Assembly (NCBI RefSeq): GCF_009914755.1
Contig: NC_060929.1
Length of the DNA stretch: 64,000 nt
Reading direction: 5' to 3' (one strand)
DNA from: the human T2T-CHM13v2.0 reference genome, Homo sapiens
This document shows positions 44,985 through 64,000 of the stretch, piece by piece. Positions within the stretch are counted from its first letter, which is position 1. Each line of letters begins with the position of its first letter. The notes below the pieces were generated by a model. It saw only the letters and a list, made by a program, of their open reading frames with translations. It did not search any database and was not told the origin of the DNA. The translations under genes and the position numbers were made by a program.

Positions 44985-47900
44985 AATTTTTTTTTAATTT
45001 TTGTGAGTATATAGTAGGTATATATATTTATGGAGTACATGAGATGTTTTGCTATAGGCATACAATGTGGAATAATCACATCGTGGAAAATGAAATATCC
45101 ATCCCCTCAAGCATTATCCCTGTGTTACAAACAATCCAATTACATTCTATTAGTTATTTTAAAATGTGCAAATAAATTATTATTGACTATAGTCAACCTG
45201 CTGTGCTATCAAGTACTAGGTCTTATTTGTTCTTCCTAGCTATTTTTTTTTTTGTACACATTAACTATCTCCACCATCCCCTCAACCTCCCGCGACCCCT
45301 CCCAGCCTCTGGTAATTATCCTCCTACTCTCTATCTCTGTGAATTCAATTGTTTTGATTTTAAAATCCCCCAAATAAGTGAGAATATGCGATATTTGTCT
45401 TTCCCTGCCTGGCTTATTCCAATTAGCATAATGACCTCCAGTTCCATCATGTTGTTGCAAATAACAGGATCATTCTTTTTTTATGGCTGAATAGTACTCC
45501 ATTGTGTATATGTGCCACATTTTCTTTATCTATTCATCTGTTGATGGACACTTAGATTGCCTCCAAATTATGGCTATTGTGAGCAGTGCTGCAACAAACA
45601 TAGGAGTGCAGCTATCTCTTCAATATACTGATTTCCTTTCTTTTGGGTATATACTCAGTAATGGGACTGCTGGGTCATATGGTAGCTCTATTTTTAATTT
45701 TTTGAGGAACGATCAAACCATTCTCCATAGTGGTTGTACTAATTTACCTTCCTACCAACAGTGTACAAAGGTCCCCTTTGCTTTACATCCTCACTAGCAT
45801 TTTTTATTGCCTGTCTTTTGGATTTAAGCCATTTTAACTAGGGAGAGATAATATCTCATTATAGTTCTGATTTGTATTTCTCTGATGATCAATGATGTGA
45901 TGTTGACCACCTTTTCCTATGCCTGTTTGTCATTTGTATGTTTTCTTTTCATAAATGTCTATTCAAATATTTGGCCCATGGTAAAATCAGATTATTAGAT
46001 TTTTCCCTTAGAGTTTTTGAGCTCCCTATATATTCTGATTATTAATCCCTTGTCAGATCGGTAGTTTGCAAATATTTTCTCACATTCTGTGGTTGTCTCT
46101 TTACTTTGTTGACTGTTTCCTTTGCTGTACAGAAGCTTTTTAACTTGATGTAATCCCATTTGTCCATTTTTGCTTTGACTGACTGTGTTTGCCTCAAGAA
46201 ATTTTTGTCCAGACCAACGGCCTCGAGAGTTTCCCCTATGTTTTCTTCTAGTAGTTTTATAGTTTGAGGTCTTAGATTTAAGTCTTTAATCAATTTCAAT
46301 TTGATTTTTGTATATGGTGAGAGATAGGAGTCTAGTTTCATTCTTCGGAATTTGGATATCCAGTTTCCCCAGCACGACTTACTGAGATTGTCTTTTCCCC
46401 AGTGTATGTTTTTAGCACTGTTGTCAAAAATGAGTTCACTGTGGTTGTGTAGATTTGTTTTTGGGTTCTTTATTCTGTTCCATTGGTCAATGTGTCTGTT
46501 TTATGCTAGTACCATGCTGTTTTGGTTACTGTATCTCAATAGTATAATTTGAAATCAGGTAATGTGATTCCTCTAGTTTTGTTCTTTTTGCTCAGGGAAG
46601 CTTTGGCTATTCTGTGTCTTTTATGGTTTCATATAAATTTTAAGATTGTTTTTTCTATTTCTGTGAAGAATGTCATTACTATTTATATAGGAATAGCACT
46701 GAATCAATAGATTGCTTTGGGTAGTATTGACATTTTAATAATACTGATTTTACAATCTGTTAACATGGAATAACTTTCCATTTTTTTGTATCCTCTTCAA
46801 ATTCTTTAATCAATGTTTTATAGTTTTCATTATAGAGATATTTCACTTCTTTGGTTAATTCCTAGGTATTTAATTTCATTTGTGGCTGTTGTAAATGAGA
46901 TTACTTAAATTTTTTTTCAGATTGTTCAATATTGGTATATAAAAATGCTGCTGATTTTTGTATGTTGATTTTGTATCCTGCAACTTTACTGAATTTGTTT
47001 ATCAGTTGTAATAGTTTTTCAGTAGAGTTTTTAGGTTTTTCCAAATATAAGAGCATATCATCTGCAAATAGGATAATTTGACTTCTTCCTCTCTGATTTG
47101 GATGCCCATTATTTTTTGTCTTGTCTCATTTCTCTAGCTAGTACTTCCTGTACTATGTTGAATAACAATGTTGAAAGTGGGCATCCTTATATTCCAAATC
47201 TTAGAGGAAAGGCTTTCAGTTTTTCCCCATTCAGTATGATATTACCTGTGGGTCTGTTGCATATGGCTTTTATTATGTTGAGGTATGTTCCTTCTATACC
47301 TAGTTTTTCTAGGGGTTTTATCATGAAGGGATTTTGAATTTTATCAGATGGTTTTCTGATGTCAATTAAAAGGATCATATAGTTTTTGTCCTTCATTCTG
47401 TTGCTATGATGTATCACACTGATTTATTTGCATATGTTGAACCATGCTTGCATCCCTGGGATAAATCCCACTTGGTCATGGTGAATGATCTTTTTAACAT
47501 ATCGAATTTGGTTTGCTAGTATTTTGTTGAGGATTTTTGCATCAATATTCATCAGAGATATTGGCCTGCAGTTTTCTTTTTTGATGTGTCTTTGTTGGTT
47601 TTGGTAACGGGGTAACACTGGCCTCATAGAATGAGTTTGGAGGTAGTCCCTTCTCTATTTTTTGGAATAGTTTAAGTAGGATTGATATTAGTTTTTCTTT
47701 AAATGTTTGGTAGAATTCAGCAGTAAAGTCATTGAGTTCTGGGCTTTTCTTTACTGGGAGAAATTTTATTATGGTTTCATCTTGTTTCTTGTTATTGGTC
47801 TGTTCAGGTTTTGGATTTCTTCATGGTTCAATCTTGTAGGTTGTATGTATCTCGGAATTTGTCTATTTCTTCTAGGTTTTCCAGTTTATTGGCATATAGT

Positions 47901-50900
47901 TGTTCATACTAGCCACTAATGATCGTCTGACTTTCTGCACTGTAAGTTGTAATGTCTCCTTTTTCATCTCTGATTTATTTGGATCTTTTCTCTTATTTTC
48001 TTACTCTGGCCAAAGGTTTGTCAATTTTGTTTAACTTTTCAAAAACCCAACTTTTTGTTTCATTGATATTTTGTATTGTTTTCATTCACTTTCACTTATT
48101 TCTACTCTGATTTTTGTTGTTTATTTGGTTAATTTTGCATTTGGCATGCTCTTGCTTTTCTAGTTCTTTAATGTGCATTGTTAGCTTGTTTGAAGTTTTT
48201 CTTCCTTTTTGATGTTGTAGGCACTTGTAGGTATAAACTTCTCTCTTAGAGCTGCTTTTGCTGTGCCTCATAGGTTTTGGTATGTTGTGTTTCCATTATC
48301 ATTTGCTTCAAAAATTTTTTCAATTTCCTTCTTAATTTCTTCATTGACCCACTGGTCATTCAGGAGCATATATTTAATTTCCATGTATTTGTATAGCTTC
48401 CAAAATTCCTCTTGTTATTGATTTCTGGTTTTATTTCATTGTGATCAGAGAAGATGCTTGATATGATTTCATCTTTTTGAATGTTTTTAGACGTCCTTGG
48501 TGACTTAACATATGATCTGTCCTTGGGAATAATCCATGTGCTGAGGAAAAAAATTTGTATTCTGTAGCTACTGGATGAAATGTTCTGTGAATATCTATTA
48601 GGTCAATTTGGTCTATAGTGCAGACTAAGTTTGATGTTTCTTTGTTTATTCATCTGCAAGATCTTTCCAATGCTGAATGTGGGGTGTTGAAGCCATCAGC
48701 TATTATTATATTGATGTCTATCTCTCTCTTCAGCTCTACTAATATTTCCTTTATATATCTATCTATGTGCTCCAGTGTTGGGTGCATATATATTTAATAT
48801 TGTTAAATCTTGCTGAATTGACCCCTTTATTATTGTATGGTGGCCTTTTTCGTCTCCTTGCATAGTTTTTGTCTTAAAATCTATTTTGTCTGATGTAAGT
48901 ATAGCTACTCCTGCTCCTTTTCAGTTTCTATTGGCATGGATTACCTTATTTCTCCCCTTTCTTTTATTTCTATGTGTGTCTTCATAGGTGAATTGTATTT
49001 CCTGTATGCAACAGATCACTAGGTCCTGTTTTTTTTAAAATCCACACAGCCATTCCATGTCTTTTGATAGACTGATTTAGTCCATTTATATTCATTGCTA
49101 ATATTGATAAGTAAGGACTTACTCCTACAATTTTTTTTATTTGTTTTCTGGTCTTCTCTCCCTTCTTTCTTCTCTTTCTGTTTTCCTTTTAGTGAAGGTA
49201 CTTTTCTTTGGTGATATGATTTAGTTTCTTGCTTTTCATTTTTTCTGTATTCATTGTATGCTTTTTGGTTTGAGTTTACCATGTGGCTTGCAAATAGTAT
49301 CTTATAACCCATTATTTTAAGTTGATAACAACTGTTTGCATAAACAAGCAAGCCAAAGGAAAGTTAATAAAGATGTTATGCCTTAATTTTGTCTCCTGAT
49401 TTTTAACTTTTTGTTATTTCTATTTATATCTTATTGTACTTTCTATGTCTTGAAAAGTTGTTGTAGTAATTATGTTTGATTTGTCCATCATTTAGTCTTT
49501 CTACTTAAGATAGTTTATACTCTGCAGCCACAGTTTTTTAATATTCTGTGTACTTACTATTACCAGTAAGTTTTATTTTTTTTACCTTCAGATGATTTCT
49601 TATTGCTCATTAACATCCTTTCTTTCTGACTGAAGCACTCCCTTTAGCATTTCTTGTAGAACAGGTGTGGTGTTGATTAAATCCCTCAACTTTTGTTTGT
49701 CTGAAAAAGTCTTTATTTTTCCTTCATGTTTGAAGGATATTTTCATGGATATATTATTCTAGGGTAAACTTTTCTCCTTCAGCACTTTAAATATGTCATG
49801 CCACTCACTCTCTCCTGGTTTGTAAGGTTTCCACTGAAAAGTCTGGTGCCAGATGTATTGGACCTCCATTGTATGTTATTTGTTTTTTTCTTTTTTGCTT
49901 GCTGCTTTTAAGATCCTTTTTTTATTCTTGACCTTTGGGTGTTTGATGATTAAATGCCTTGAGCTTGTCTTCTTTGGGTTAAATCTGCTTGGTGTTCTAT
50001 AACCTTCTTATACTTGGATATTGATATCTTTCTCTAGGTTTGGAAAGCTTTCTGTTATTATTCATTTGAATAAACTTTTAACTCGTATCTCATTCTCTAC
50101 CTCCTCTTTAAGGCCAACAACTCTTAGTTTTGCCCTTTTGAGACTATTTTCTAGATCCTGCAAGTGTGCTTCATTGTTTTTTTAAAATCTTTTTTCTTTT
50201 GTCTCCTCTGACTGTATATTTTCAAATAGCCTGTCTTTAAGCTCAATGAATTTTTTCTTCTTCTTGTTCAATTCTTCTATTAAAGGACTCTGGTGTATTC
50301 TTCAGTATGCCAGTTGTGTTTTTCTTGTCTTCAATTTCTGCTTAATTATTTTTAATTATTTCAATCTCTTTGTTAAATTTGACGTATAGAATTCTGAGTT
50401 CCTTCTGCATGCTGTCTTGAATTTATTTGAATTTCCTCAAAACAGTTACTTTGAATTCCTTTTCTGAAAGATCACATATTTCTGTTTCTCCAGGATTGAT
50501 TCCTGGTGCCTTATTTAGTTCATTTGATGAGGTTATGTTTTCTCGGATGGTCTTAATACTTGTAGATGTTCGTCTGTGTGGGCATTGAAGAGATAAGTAT
50601 TTACTGTTGTCTTCTCAGTCTGGACTTAGTACTTGTCCTTCTTGAGAATACTTTTTTTGAAAGGACTTTGGTGTTGTGATCTAAGCTGTATCTGCTTTAG
50701 GGGGCACCCCAAGCCCAGTAACGCTGTGGTCCTTGCAGACTCCTAGAGGTACCACCTTGATGGTCTTGGACAAGATCTGGAAAAATTCTCTGTATTATCA
50801 GGCAGATACTTTTGTTCTCTTCCCTTACTTTCTCCCAAACAAACACAGTCTGTCTATTCTTAGCCACCTAGAGCTGGGGATGAAGTGACACAAACTCCCA

Positions 50901-51260
50901 CGAGGCCACCACCACTATGATTGTACTGGGTCAGACCTGAAGGCAGCACAGCACTGGGTCTCACCGAAGGCCTACTGTAACCACTCCCTGGCTACCACTT
51001 ATGTTCACTTAAGGCCCTGGGACTCTACTGTCAGCAGGTGGTAAAGCCAGAGAGCCTTGTGTCCTTCCCTTCAGGGTGGCGAGTTCCCTGAGGCCCTACG
51101 CATTTTCAGAGGTGCTGTCCAGAAGTCAGGGACTAGAGTCAAAAACCTTAGAAGTTTACCTGGTGTCCTATTGTTGTGCAGCTGAGCTGGCACTCAAACC
51201 ACAAGATGCAGTCTTTCCCACTCTTCTCTCCCCTTTCCAAAGGAAGAGGAGCCACACCCC
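44985..51260 (-). mobile_element. Near-full-length antisense L1MA2-like element (~6.3 kb, decayed)
   Basis: L1MA2-type 3' end at ~44990-45200. Minus-strand ORF2 fragments [32 protein letters not shown] and [27 protein letters not shown]1 and 5'UTR-like sequence extend to ~51260. Confidence 0.9.
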
Positions 51261-51299
51261 ATGGTGTGAGTGGCAGTGGGATGCTCTTTTATAGCCATA

Positions 51300-53440
51300 T
51301 TGCATGTTGCTCTTTTATAGCCACATTTGCTTTTCTCTCACTCTCACCCCCTTTTTCACCACTGGCAACCATTAATTGATTTTTCATTTTTATACTTTCC
51401 TTATTCCAGGAATGTTTTATAAGTGGAATTACACGGTATATAACATTTTGGCATTGACTTTTTTCCCCCCTCTCTGCGTAATTCTCTGAAGATTCATCCA
51501 AGTTTGATCCATTTTATTGCTAAGTAGTATTCAAAGTAAGAAAGTACCACAGTTTGTTTAATAATTCACCCCTTGAAGGGCATCTGAGTTGTTTCTAGTT
51601 TTTGGCTATTATGAACAAGCTGTTATGTAGGTTTTTGTATGCAGGTTTTTCATTTCTTTGGGATAAATGCCCAATAATGTAATTGCTGGGTAATAAGGTA
51701 GTTATATGTTTCAGCTGCCATACTTTTGGCTATAACATTTTACATTTCTAGCAGCAATGTATGAATGATCCAACATCCTCATCAATATTTGATGTTGTCA
51801 CTTTTTTATTGTAGTCATTCCAATAGTTGTGTAGTGATACACTGTGGTTTTACTTTGCCTTTTCCTAATGGATAATGATATTGAATATCATTTCATGTGC
51901 TTAGCCTCCCGAGTACCTAGGACCAGAGCCATGTGCTACCACCCCCAGCTAATTTTTAAAAATTTCTTTTGTAGAGAAGTGTTCTTGCTATGTTGTCCAG
52001 GTTGGTCTGGAACTCCTGGGCTCAAGGGATTCTCTCGCCTCCTCCTCTCAAAATGCTGGAATTACAGGCATGAGCCACTCTGCATGGCCAGTGGTATTGT
52101 TTTAATTTTGGTGTTCATGTGTCTGTTGGTAATATATAGAAATACAATTGATGTAATTTTATCTTCTGCCCTGTAACTTTGCTGCATTCATTTATAGAAG
52201 TTCTCTCTCTCTCTTTCTTTTTTCTTTTTTCTTCCTTCTCTACCTTTGTTCCTCCTCTTCCTCCTCCTCCTCCTCCTTCTCCTCCCCCTCCTCCTCCTCT
52301 TCTTTCTGTAGATTTTCTGGGATTTTCTACACAATCATGTCACCTGGAAATAGGAAGTTTTATTTCTTTTATTCTCTCTTGTGTCACTTTTGTTTTCCTT
52401 TTTTTGCCCTTTGCACTGGCTTGAACATCCAGTTTTATGCTAAGAGCATTATTATTAAGAACATTGAGAGTAGACAGCTTTGCCATGTTCCTGTTCTTAG
52501 GAGAAAAACATTCAGTTTTACCATCAATGTTAGCGGTAGGCTTTACGTAGATTCTCTCTACTGAGTTGTGAAATTTCCTCTCTATTCCTATTTTTATAAG
52601 AACAACTTTTAAAAAAAAAAGATATGTGGTCTTGCTGTGTTGTCAGGATGGCCTCAAACTCCTGGGCTCAAGTGATCTTCTCACCTCAGCCCCACAGTAG
52701 CTTGGACTATAGGAGTACCAAACCAACCCAGCTAGAATGAATATTTTAAAATGCTTTAAAAAGTTTTGCATCAGTTGATTTTCTTTTCTTCTTCAACCTA
52801 TGCGATTTTTCTTTTTTAGCCTATAAATACAGTGGATTATATGGATTGAATTTTGAAGTTTAATCAGTCTTGCATCCTTGGAATAGATCAGTCTTGCATC
52901 CTTGGAATAGACCCCACTTGGTCATGGTATGTAATTCTTTATACATATTGCTGAATTCTGTTTTCTAATATTTTATTAAGAATTTTTGCGTCTATATTTA
53001 TTAGGAATATTGGTATGTAGTTTTCTTTTTTGTTGCTATCTTTGTCTGATTTGGTATCAGGGTATTACTAACTTCATAAAATGAATTGAGAAATCATCTC
53101 TCTTCCTCTTTTTCTGGAAGAGATTGTGTAGAATTAATGTTAATTCTTCTTTAAACATTTGACAGAATTTCCCAGTGAAACCATGTAGTCATGGAGATTT
53201 CTTTTTTGGGAGTTTAACAATTACAAATTCAATTTCCTTTATAGTTATAGGGCATGAAATTTACTTATTTCATACTGAGCGAGTTGTAGCAGTTTGTGTT
53301 TTTTGAGAAATTTGTCCATTTCATCTAAGTTGTCAAATTCAAGTCCATAGCTCTGTTTGTGGGGTTTCCTTGCTATTTTTTTGATGTCTACAGGGTCTGT
53401 AATTATATCTTCTGCTTTATTCTTAATATTGTCAATTTTC
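51300..53440 (-). mobile_element. Older L1M fragments with interleaved AluJ pieces (~51900-52090, ~52612-52735)
   Basis: T-rich antisense L1 ORF2/3'UTR motifs. Alu motifs ttagcctcccgagta and ctcctgggctcaagtgat. Confidence 0.75.
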
Positions 53441-53974
53441 TAGGAGTGGCAGGCTCGCTGGTTTGTTCTTAATATGTGTATATTTTTAGTTACACAAGTT
53501 ATATGTTAGTACATTTTTGTTATAGAATTCTAATCATCCAGAGTATGAAATATAAGGAGTAGAGTTCTCTTTCATTATCTTCTGCACCTGTTCCTCTCAT
53601 CCTCCTTCTTGACTCAGAGGTAAGGAAAGTGAACAGTTTGGGGTATGTCTTCCAGGACTGTGACTCCTACCCCTAAGTAATATTTGGTCACCTGGTGGAC
53701 ATTTTTTCCCTGACTCTTCAAGGATCAGAAGGAGTTTTGATGATGAATCTGGTGGTGGGGGAAGTCAAAGAGGAACAGAGGAAAGCCAGAGGGGGAGGTC
53801 AGAGGGAGGAACAAACAGCCATCTTTGTCGGCTACAAGAGGAGGCTCCTTTGATCTAGTGTCCCCACATGTTCCCCACATGAAGGCTATGACTTCAGGGG
53901 CAGATGTAGAATGGCCTCTTTTGGTGGGGTACCAGATGAAGGAGTCCACAAGCCTAGCTTCTGGAAAATATCTG

Positions 53975-54250
53975 ATCTTTCAGCAAATTCTGTTGTCTCT
54001 TCCTACAAAATACATCCAGAAGATGACCACTATCCATTATTTTCACATCTAACATTGTGATCCAAACCAGTCTCATCTCTCTCCTGGATTATTGCAATAG
54101 GCCCACTGTTCTCTCTGATTCAGCCTTTGCCTTCTAAAAGTCTATTCTCAACACAGTTACCAGAGTGATCTTTTCAAATGTAATTTCTCCTGCAAAACTC
54201 TGCAAGCTTCCCATGTCACTGAATCTAAAACTAATCAATTATCTAGACCT
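53975..54250. mobile_element. L2 fragment
   Basis: catctctctcctggattattgcaatag...tctattctcaacacag...agagtgatctttt are L2 motifs. Confidence 0.65.
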
Positions 54251-54289
54251 AACTACCTGTTTACAAGGCAATTCAGCTCATAGGGGAAC

Positions 54290-54870
54290 ATCTAGATAAC
54301 ATCACAAGAATACAATTAACCATTTCCAAACTGTGGAAAATTCTAGAAGATAAATTACTCAGTTTTTTCCAACAGGTGAATGCCTTAAAAAGGGAGGGAG
54401 AACTGTTATAGACTAAAAGATGTATCAACCAATCACAATGTGTGGACTTTGTTTGGATCTTGATCTCAACAATACAGTTATACAAAGATATTTTAGCATA
54501 TTTGGAGGAAATTGAGTATGGCTTGGTTATGAAATTATATAAAAGAATTATGATTAAATTCATTTGGTGAGATAATGATATTTCTGTTATGCTTTTTAAA
54601 AGTTCATATCTTTGTAGGTACATACTGCTGCATTCAAGGAGAAATGACATAATGTCTGGAATTTGCTTTAAAATACAGCAAGTCCCCCACTCCTCTATCT
54701 CAAACACCTAAATAAAAAGAAATGAACAAAAGACTAAAAGTCTGTGTGTGTGGTGGTTGGAACAAGAATGGCAGAATACTGATAACTGTTGAAACTGGAT
54801 TATGTGTACATGAAACTGCATTCCTATTATACAATTCTCTCTACTTTAGTCTGAAAATTTCTACCACCCA
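54290..54870 (+). mobile_element. Old L1 (L1ME/MC) 3' end fragment
   Basis: aatgtgtggactttgtttggatcttga and ataatgtctggaatttgctttaaaata motifs. Confidence 0.55.
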
Positions 54871-55730
54871 AAAAAATGCTCTTTGGCCCCTCTTTTTTAG
54901 GGATTCTTTAAGAAACTGGAGATTTAATCTCATCAGCAAATTTTTACAAGGCTACATTTGCCCTATCTTCATTCTCCTTCTGCCTGGGGACAGTCTGCAG
55001 TGCCCTTTCAAATTTGGGCCCATCTTGGTCCTCTGGGTATTTCTACTGCTTTTTTAATGCAGTGATTTCTGGGAGTCCCCCTCATACTTGTCAACTAATA
55101 GTCCCACTGGACTGGGGCCACTGCCCCAAATAAGGTGTCTCTAATTTTAGATTGGAATCAGGAAGATCCAGATGGGTTGCCACTTATAACTGGTATACAT
55201 TTCAGCCCATGAGCAGAGATGTGCAGGAAATAGTATGCAATTTTCTTATGTAACTCCATTTAATTTGTAATTTAAGCCTTGGTTCTGTTGATGTCCTCTT
55301 TGGATTTCCACCCCTCCCTATTTGGAAATCATACAGGGCTGAGGTTTTGAGGGTGGGGTGAGAGCATAGTCTCTGGTTATTGGAGCATACAGCTGAAGTT
55401 TAGATGCCCATCAGCTCAGCTGCCAGGGAGTCTTTAGGTGGTGTGGCTCCTATGCCATGTGTGAGATAGGTCGCCATGATTCTGCCTGTACGCATAATAC
55501 AGGCAGCCCTTCTTGAAGTTTTTGCCACATGTACCTCTTCAGCCACATTTTAGAGGGCTCCTCTCCTCCATAGTTTGAAGATCCCTCTCTCTCTCTGACC
55601 TAATCAGTACCTCTCAACACTATAGTAGAGCAAGAAGGGGGCATGCCTAGTTAAAAAAAATCCTGCTTCCGTTATGTTTCTGCTAACTTTCCTCTTTCCT
55701 ACAGAGTTTGAGATTTTAGAAATAAAAGTC

Positions 55731-56065
55731 AGGTGGGGTGTGGTGGCTCATGCCTACAATCCTAGCACTTTGGGAGCCTGAGGCAGGAGGATAGCTTGAG
55801 GCTAGGAGTTCAAGACCAACCTGGGCAACATACTGAGACCCTGTTTCTCAAAAAAAAAAAAAAAAAAAAAAATTAGCCGGGTGTGGTGCCTCGTGTCTGG
55901 TGCCTGTTGTCCCAGCTACTCGGGAGGCTGAAGTGTGATGATCACTTGAGCCTAGGGGCTGAAGTGACCCTATGATCACACCACTGCAATCCAGCCTGGG
56001 CAACAGAGAGAGACCCTGTCTCTGAACAAACAAAACAAAATAAAAACAACAAAAAAAAAAAAAAG
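55731..56065 (+). mobile_element. AluJ with an expanded middle A-run
   Basis: AluJ motifs (gcaggaggatagcttgag). Flanks aaataaaagtca / aaagaaaagtca. Confidence 0.9.
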
Positions 56066-56339
56066 AAAGAAAAGTCAAGATGATTAACATGCTATTGCTG
56101 CTTTCAGCCCTGCCATACCCCTCCTCTGAGCAATGAACACAAAGCCTGCTACCTGCTTGAGTCCAGAAGGGAAAGGGTGAAAAAAAAAGAAGAAAAGAAA
56201 AAAATTAAACAGAACATGTTAACATCTCAAAATATTCTGCCACATTTGAAATACGGGAGAGTTGAATTCATTAGAGGACTTCTATTGGAAAAAAGGAATT
56301 GTTTTTGAAAATGATGTCTCTGCAGTTGCACAGACTGTG

Positions 56340-56420
56340 TTGGACCTAGGTCCGTAGAACGCCGTGATGTCATCATTGATGTCAGAGAATCTGCGATGGG
56401 CCTGGTGACCTTTGAACCTT
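56340..56420 (+). promoter_or_regulatory. Putative FAM170A proximal promoter elements
   Basis: Two CRE-like TGATGTCA (56365-56372, 56377-56384) and a DR1 TGACCTTTGAACC (56406-56418), ~210-260 bp upstream of the ATG, with a local rise in CpG. Confidence 0.5.
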
Positions 56421-56624
56421 AACAGCCCTGCAGTGTAGTGGGCACTGGGCAGTGCTGCTCCTTCACTAAGCGGTCTGAGTTCTTTAGCTATCTCGGAGAT
56501 TCAACTACGTTTACTCGTACTGAATCTTTTTAATGAATTTCCTGAGAGCCAAGAAGGGCCAATCTACAGGAAAAAGTGGGAGGTGGACATTAAGCATCTT
56601 CTAGAAACTCTTCTAGCTGATATC

Positions 56625-61883
<5,259 letters not shown>

Positions 61884-61890
<7 letters not shown>

Positions 61891-61942
61891 GACTTATGGG
61901 CCAGAAGATACTGGAAGATGGTGTGGCCTTCTCTTGCAAGAG
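61884..61942 (+). CDS. FAM170A: FAM170A exon 4 (last codons, stop at 61888-61890, start of 3'UTR)
   Basis: Acceptor ttttcacacag|CAG (NAGNAG) and donor AG|gtaagg. Confidence 0.8.
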
Positions 61943-62555
61943 GTAAGGAGTGAGACTTGCAGTTTTCTGAGGCTGTGTTGTGAGGGCCCAGAGGAATCCA
62001 AGGGAAGGAGCTGCAGGGATGCACTGGGTCACCTGGTGGCTCTGCAGCCACATCAACTTATCGTGCACCTGGTGCTTCTGGGGGAATTGTCCTCCATTTG
62101 CTTAGATGACAAGGTGAAGAGCATTGACTGGGAACTTTCTCAATGTCTGCATGATTGTCCTCAATTCTAAGAGGAGGTGCTGCAGCTCTTCTAGGCAGCG
62201 GAAGCTCAGTGTAACCTCAAGGGCCAGGATTGGCCTGAAAGGACAGGATGCCAGCAAGATCAGAGGTGTGGAGTCTGAGAGCCTTTGGCCTGAGCTGGGA
62301 TCCCACCTGAGCCCATAGATATAGCCCTTGGGGAAAAGGGGAATTTGGAGAGGTAACAACATCATCCTGATGAGACACCAAGAGAACTGGAAATGTTTCA
62401 GAACCTTCATTTTGCTGCATTTGATCTGGAAATGAACTCACTGTGGGTTGCATGACTCTGAGCTTCAAAACAAAGGTGAAGGGTAACTGACTAGCAATGC
62501 TTGTATTGTTTCTTGCCTCTTCCTCTTCTGCCTCAATTGTTTTCTTCACTTCCAG

Positions 62556-62675
62556 GGAGAAGAAAGAGCCATGGAGATAGTAGCAGACAGGCTGCCCAAG
62601 GTATGAAGCAGATGAGGGACCAGCACTCAGTCTAACATGTAAACATCATACGTAATAAAGGTTGTGTTTCAAACC
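62556..62675 (+). other. FAM170A: Putative FAM170A terminal 3'UTR exon with poly(A) signal
   Basis: Strong acceptor ttttcttcacttccag. AATAAA at 62654-62659. Confidence 0.7.
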
Positions 62676-62732
62676 TTACCTGGATATATTATTTAATTAA
62701 CAAATTAATCTACCTATCTATTCATCATTTTC

Positions 62733-63064
62733 TTTTTTTTTCCTTTTTCTTTTTCTTCTTCTTCTTCTTTTTTTTTTTTTGAGATGGAGTTTCATTTTTG
62801 TTGCCCAGGCTGGAGTGCGATGGCATGATCTCGGCTCACTGCAACCTCTGCCTCCTGAATTAAAGTGATTCTCCTGCCTCAGCCTCCCAAGTAGCTGGGA
62901 TTACAGGCATGTGCCAGCACACACAGCTAATTTTGTATTTTTTTAGTAGAGATGAGGTTTCACCATGTTGGTCAGGCTGGTCTCGAACTCCTGGGCTCAA
63001 GTGTTCTACCCGCCTGGGCCTCCCAAAGTGCTGGGTTTGCAGGCGTGAGCCACGGCGCCCAGCC
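62733..63064 (-). mobile_element. AluS (Sp/Sq-like)
   Basis: Antisense Alu with TSD CTATTCATCATTTTC / CTATTCATTATTTTC. Confidence 0.93.
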
Positions 63065-63199
63065 CTATTCATTATTTTCATCTATCTCTCCAGTGGTTTG
63101 TGAACGAAGTTTTACATCAGCACTAAAGATATCTACCAGCCTTTTCCAGAGGCAGCAATAGCCAAGCTCCTGGGTTTGATTAGACTTCTGTGTGACAAT

Positions 63200-64000
63200 T
63201 TTTTCAAGGCTGGATATCACATTTCATATGAGACCATGACAAACTCCACTACATACCTATGTTTCCATCATCCCGCTTTATTAAGCTTAGCATTTTTCTA
63301 CGTTTGCTTCAGATGGCTTTGAAGTAAAAATGATTACAAATACAGCCATAGTCCCCTGTTCCATTGCCTTACATATGGATTTTGAGTATTTTTTAATACT
63401 TCTGTGCATGTTTTATACTATTATATAAATATATAAAGTGTTTTGAATATCTTGAAAGTTTCACATACTATTGTACTTCATTATTAGTTTTCAACTTGTT
63501 TTTATTAAAAAACAGGTTTTTAAGATTATCCATTGTCATACACATATCTGTAGTTAACTAATTTTTACTACTGTATTATAGTTCATTCTATGAATATGCC
63601 AACTTTTTATTTATTGTCTTTTTGATGAAATTTCAGTTGCATCCAAATTTCCTCTATTACCACAGAATGTGTGTCTCTCTCTAGAATGTATACCCAGACA
63701 TCCATTGCTGTGCTGAATTATATAGATATTTCAGTTTAGTAGTTACTGCCGTGGTGTATTTCTTTCTTTGTTCAAGCATTTTTTTTCTTTCTTCATTCTT
63801 CAATAATGATTAATGCTTTTCTGCACAAATGTTATATACAATTTTTATTCGATGCAGTCCAAGATATCTTTTCTTTTCATTCTCCTTGTAAATGGTATGT
63901 TTTTTCTATTATATCTTAGAATTGGTTATTACTGATGCATATTTTAAATTTTCATTTCACATCTAGCAACCTTTTTGAAATTTTTCAGGTGTAAGTATTT
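63200..64000 (-). mobile_element. Old L1ME-type fragment
   Basis: T-rich antisense L1 3' motifs (gttcattctatgaatatgccaac, cagttgcatccaaatttcc). Confidence 0.55.

Overview
Human genomic DNA: Alu, L1 and ERV content, including an L1HS-Ta copy. The only intact protein-coding gene is FAM170A (+ strand, CDS joined from 56625-56694, 59604-59744, 60816-61590 and 61884-61890, 330 aa, plus a 3'UTR exon). The rest is mostly transposon-derived. It includes a decayed ~9.8-kb LTR-gag-pro-pol-env-LTR MER57-family provirus (15473-25284) inserted into an older LTR, a full-length disrupted L1PA4-like element (26189-32710), a ~6.3-kb antisense L1MA2-like element, many Alus, MaLR/ERVL LTRs and a U13 snoRNA retrocopy. 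Three observations stand out. (1) A chain of splice-phase-compatible exon relics from ~2.4 to ~34 kb may be an unrecognised unitary pseudogene with ricin-B/beta-trefoil-like repeats. (2) A young L1HS-Ta 3' end is inserted in register inside the older L1. (3) A TSD-flanked, 3'-truncated L1 5' fragment with no poly(A) sits inside the proviral RT. Gene and repeat subfamily names come from recalled sequences, not from a database search.
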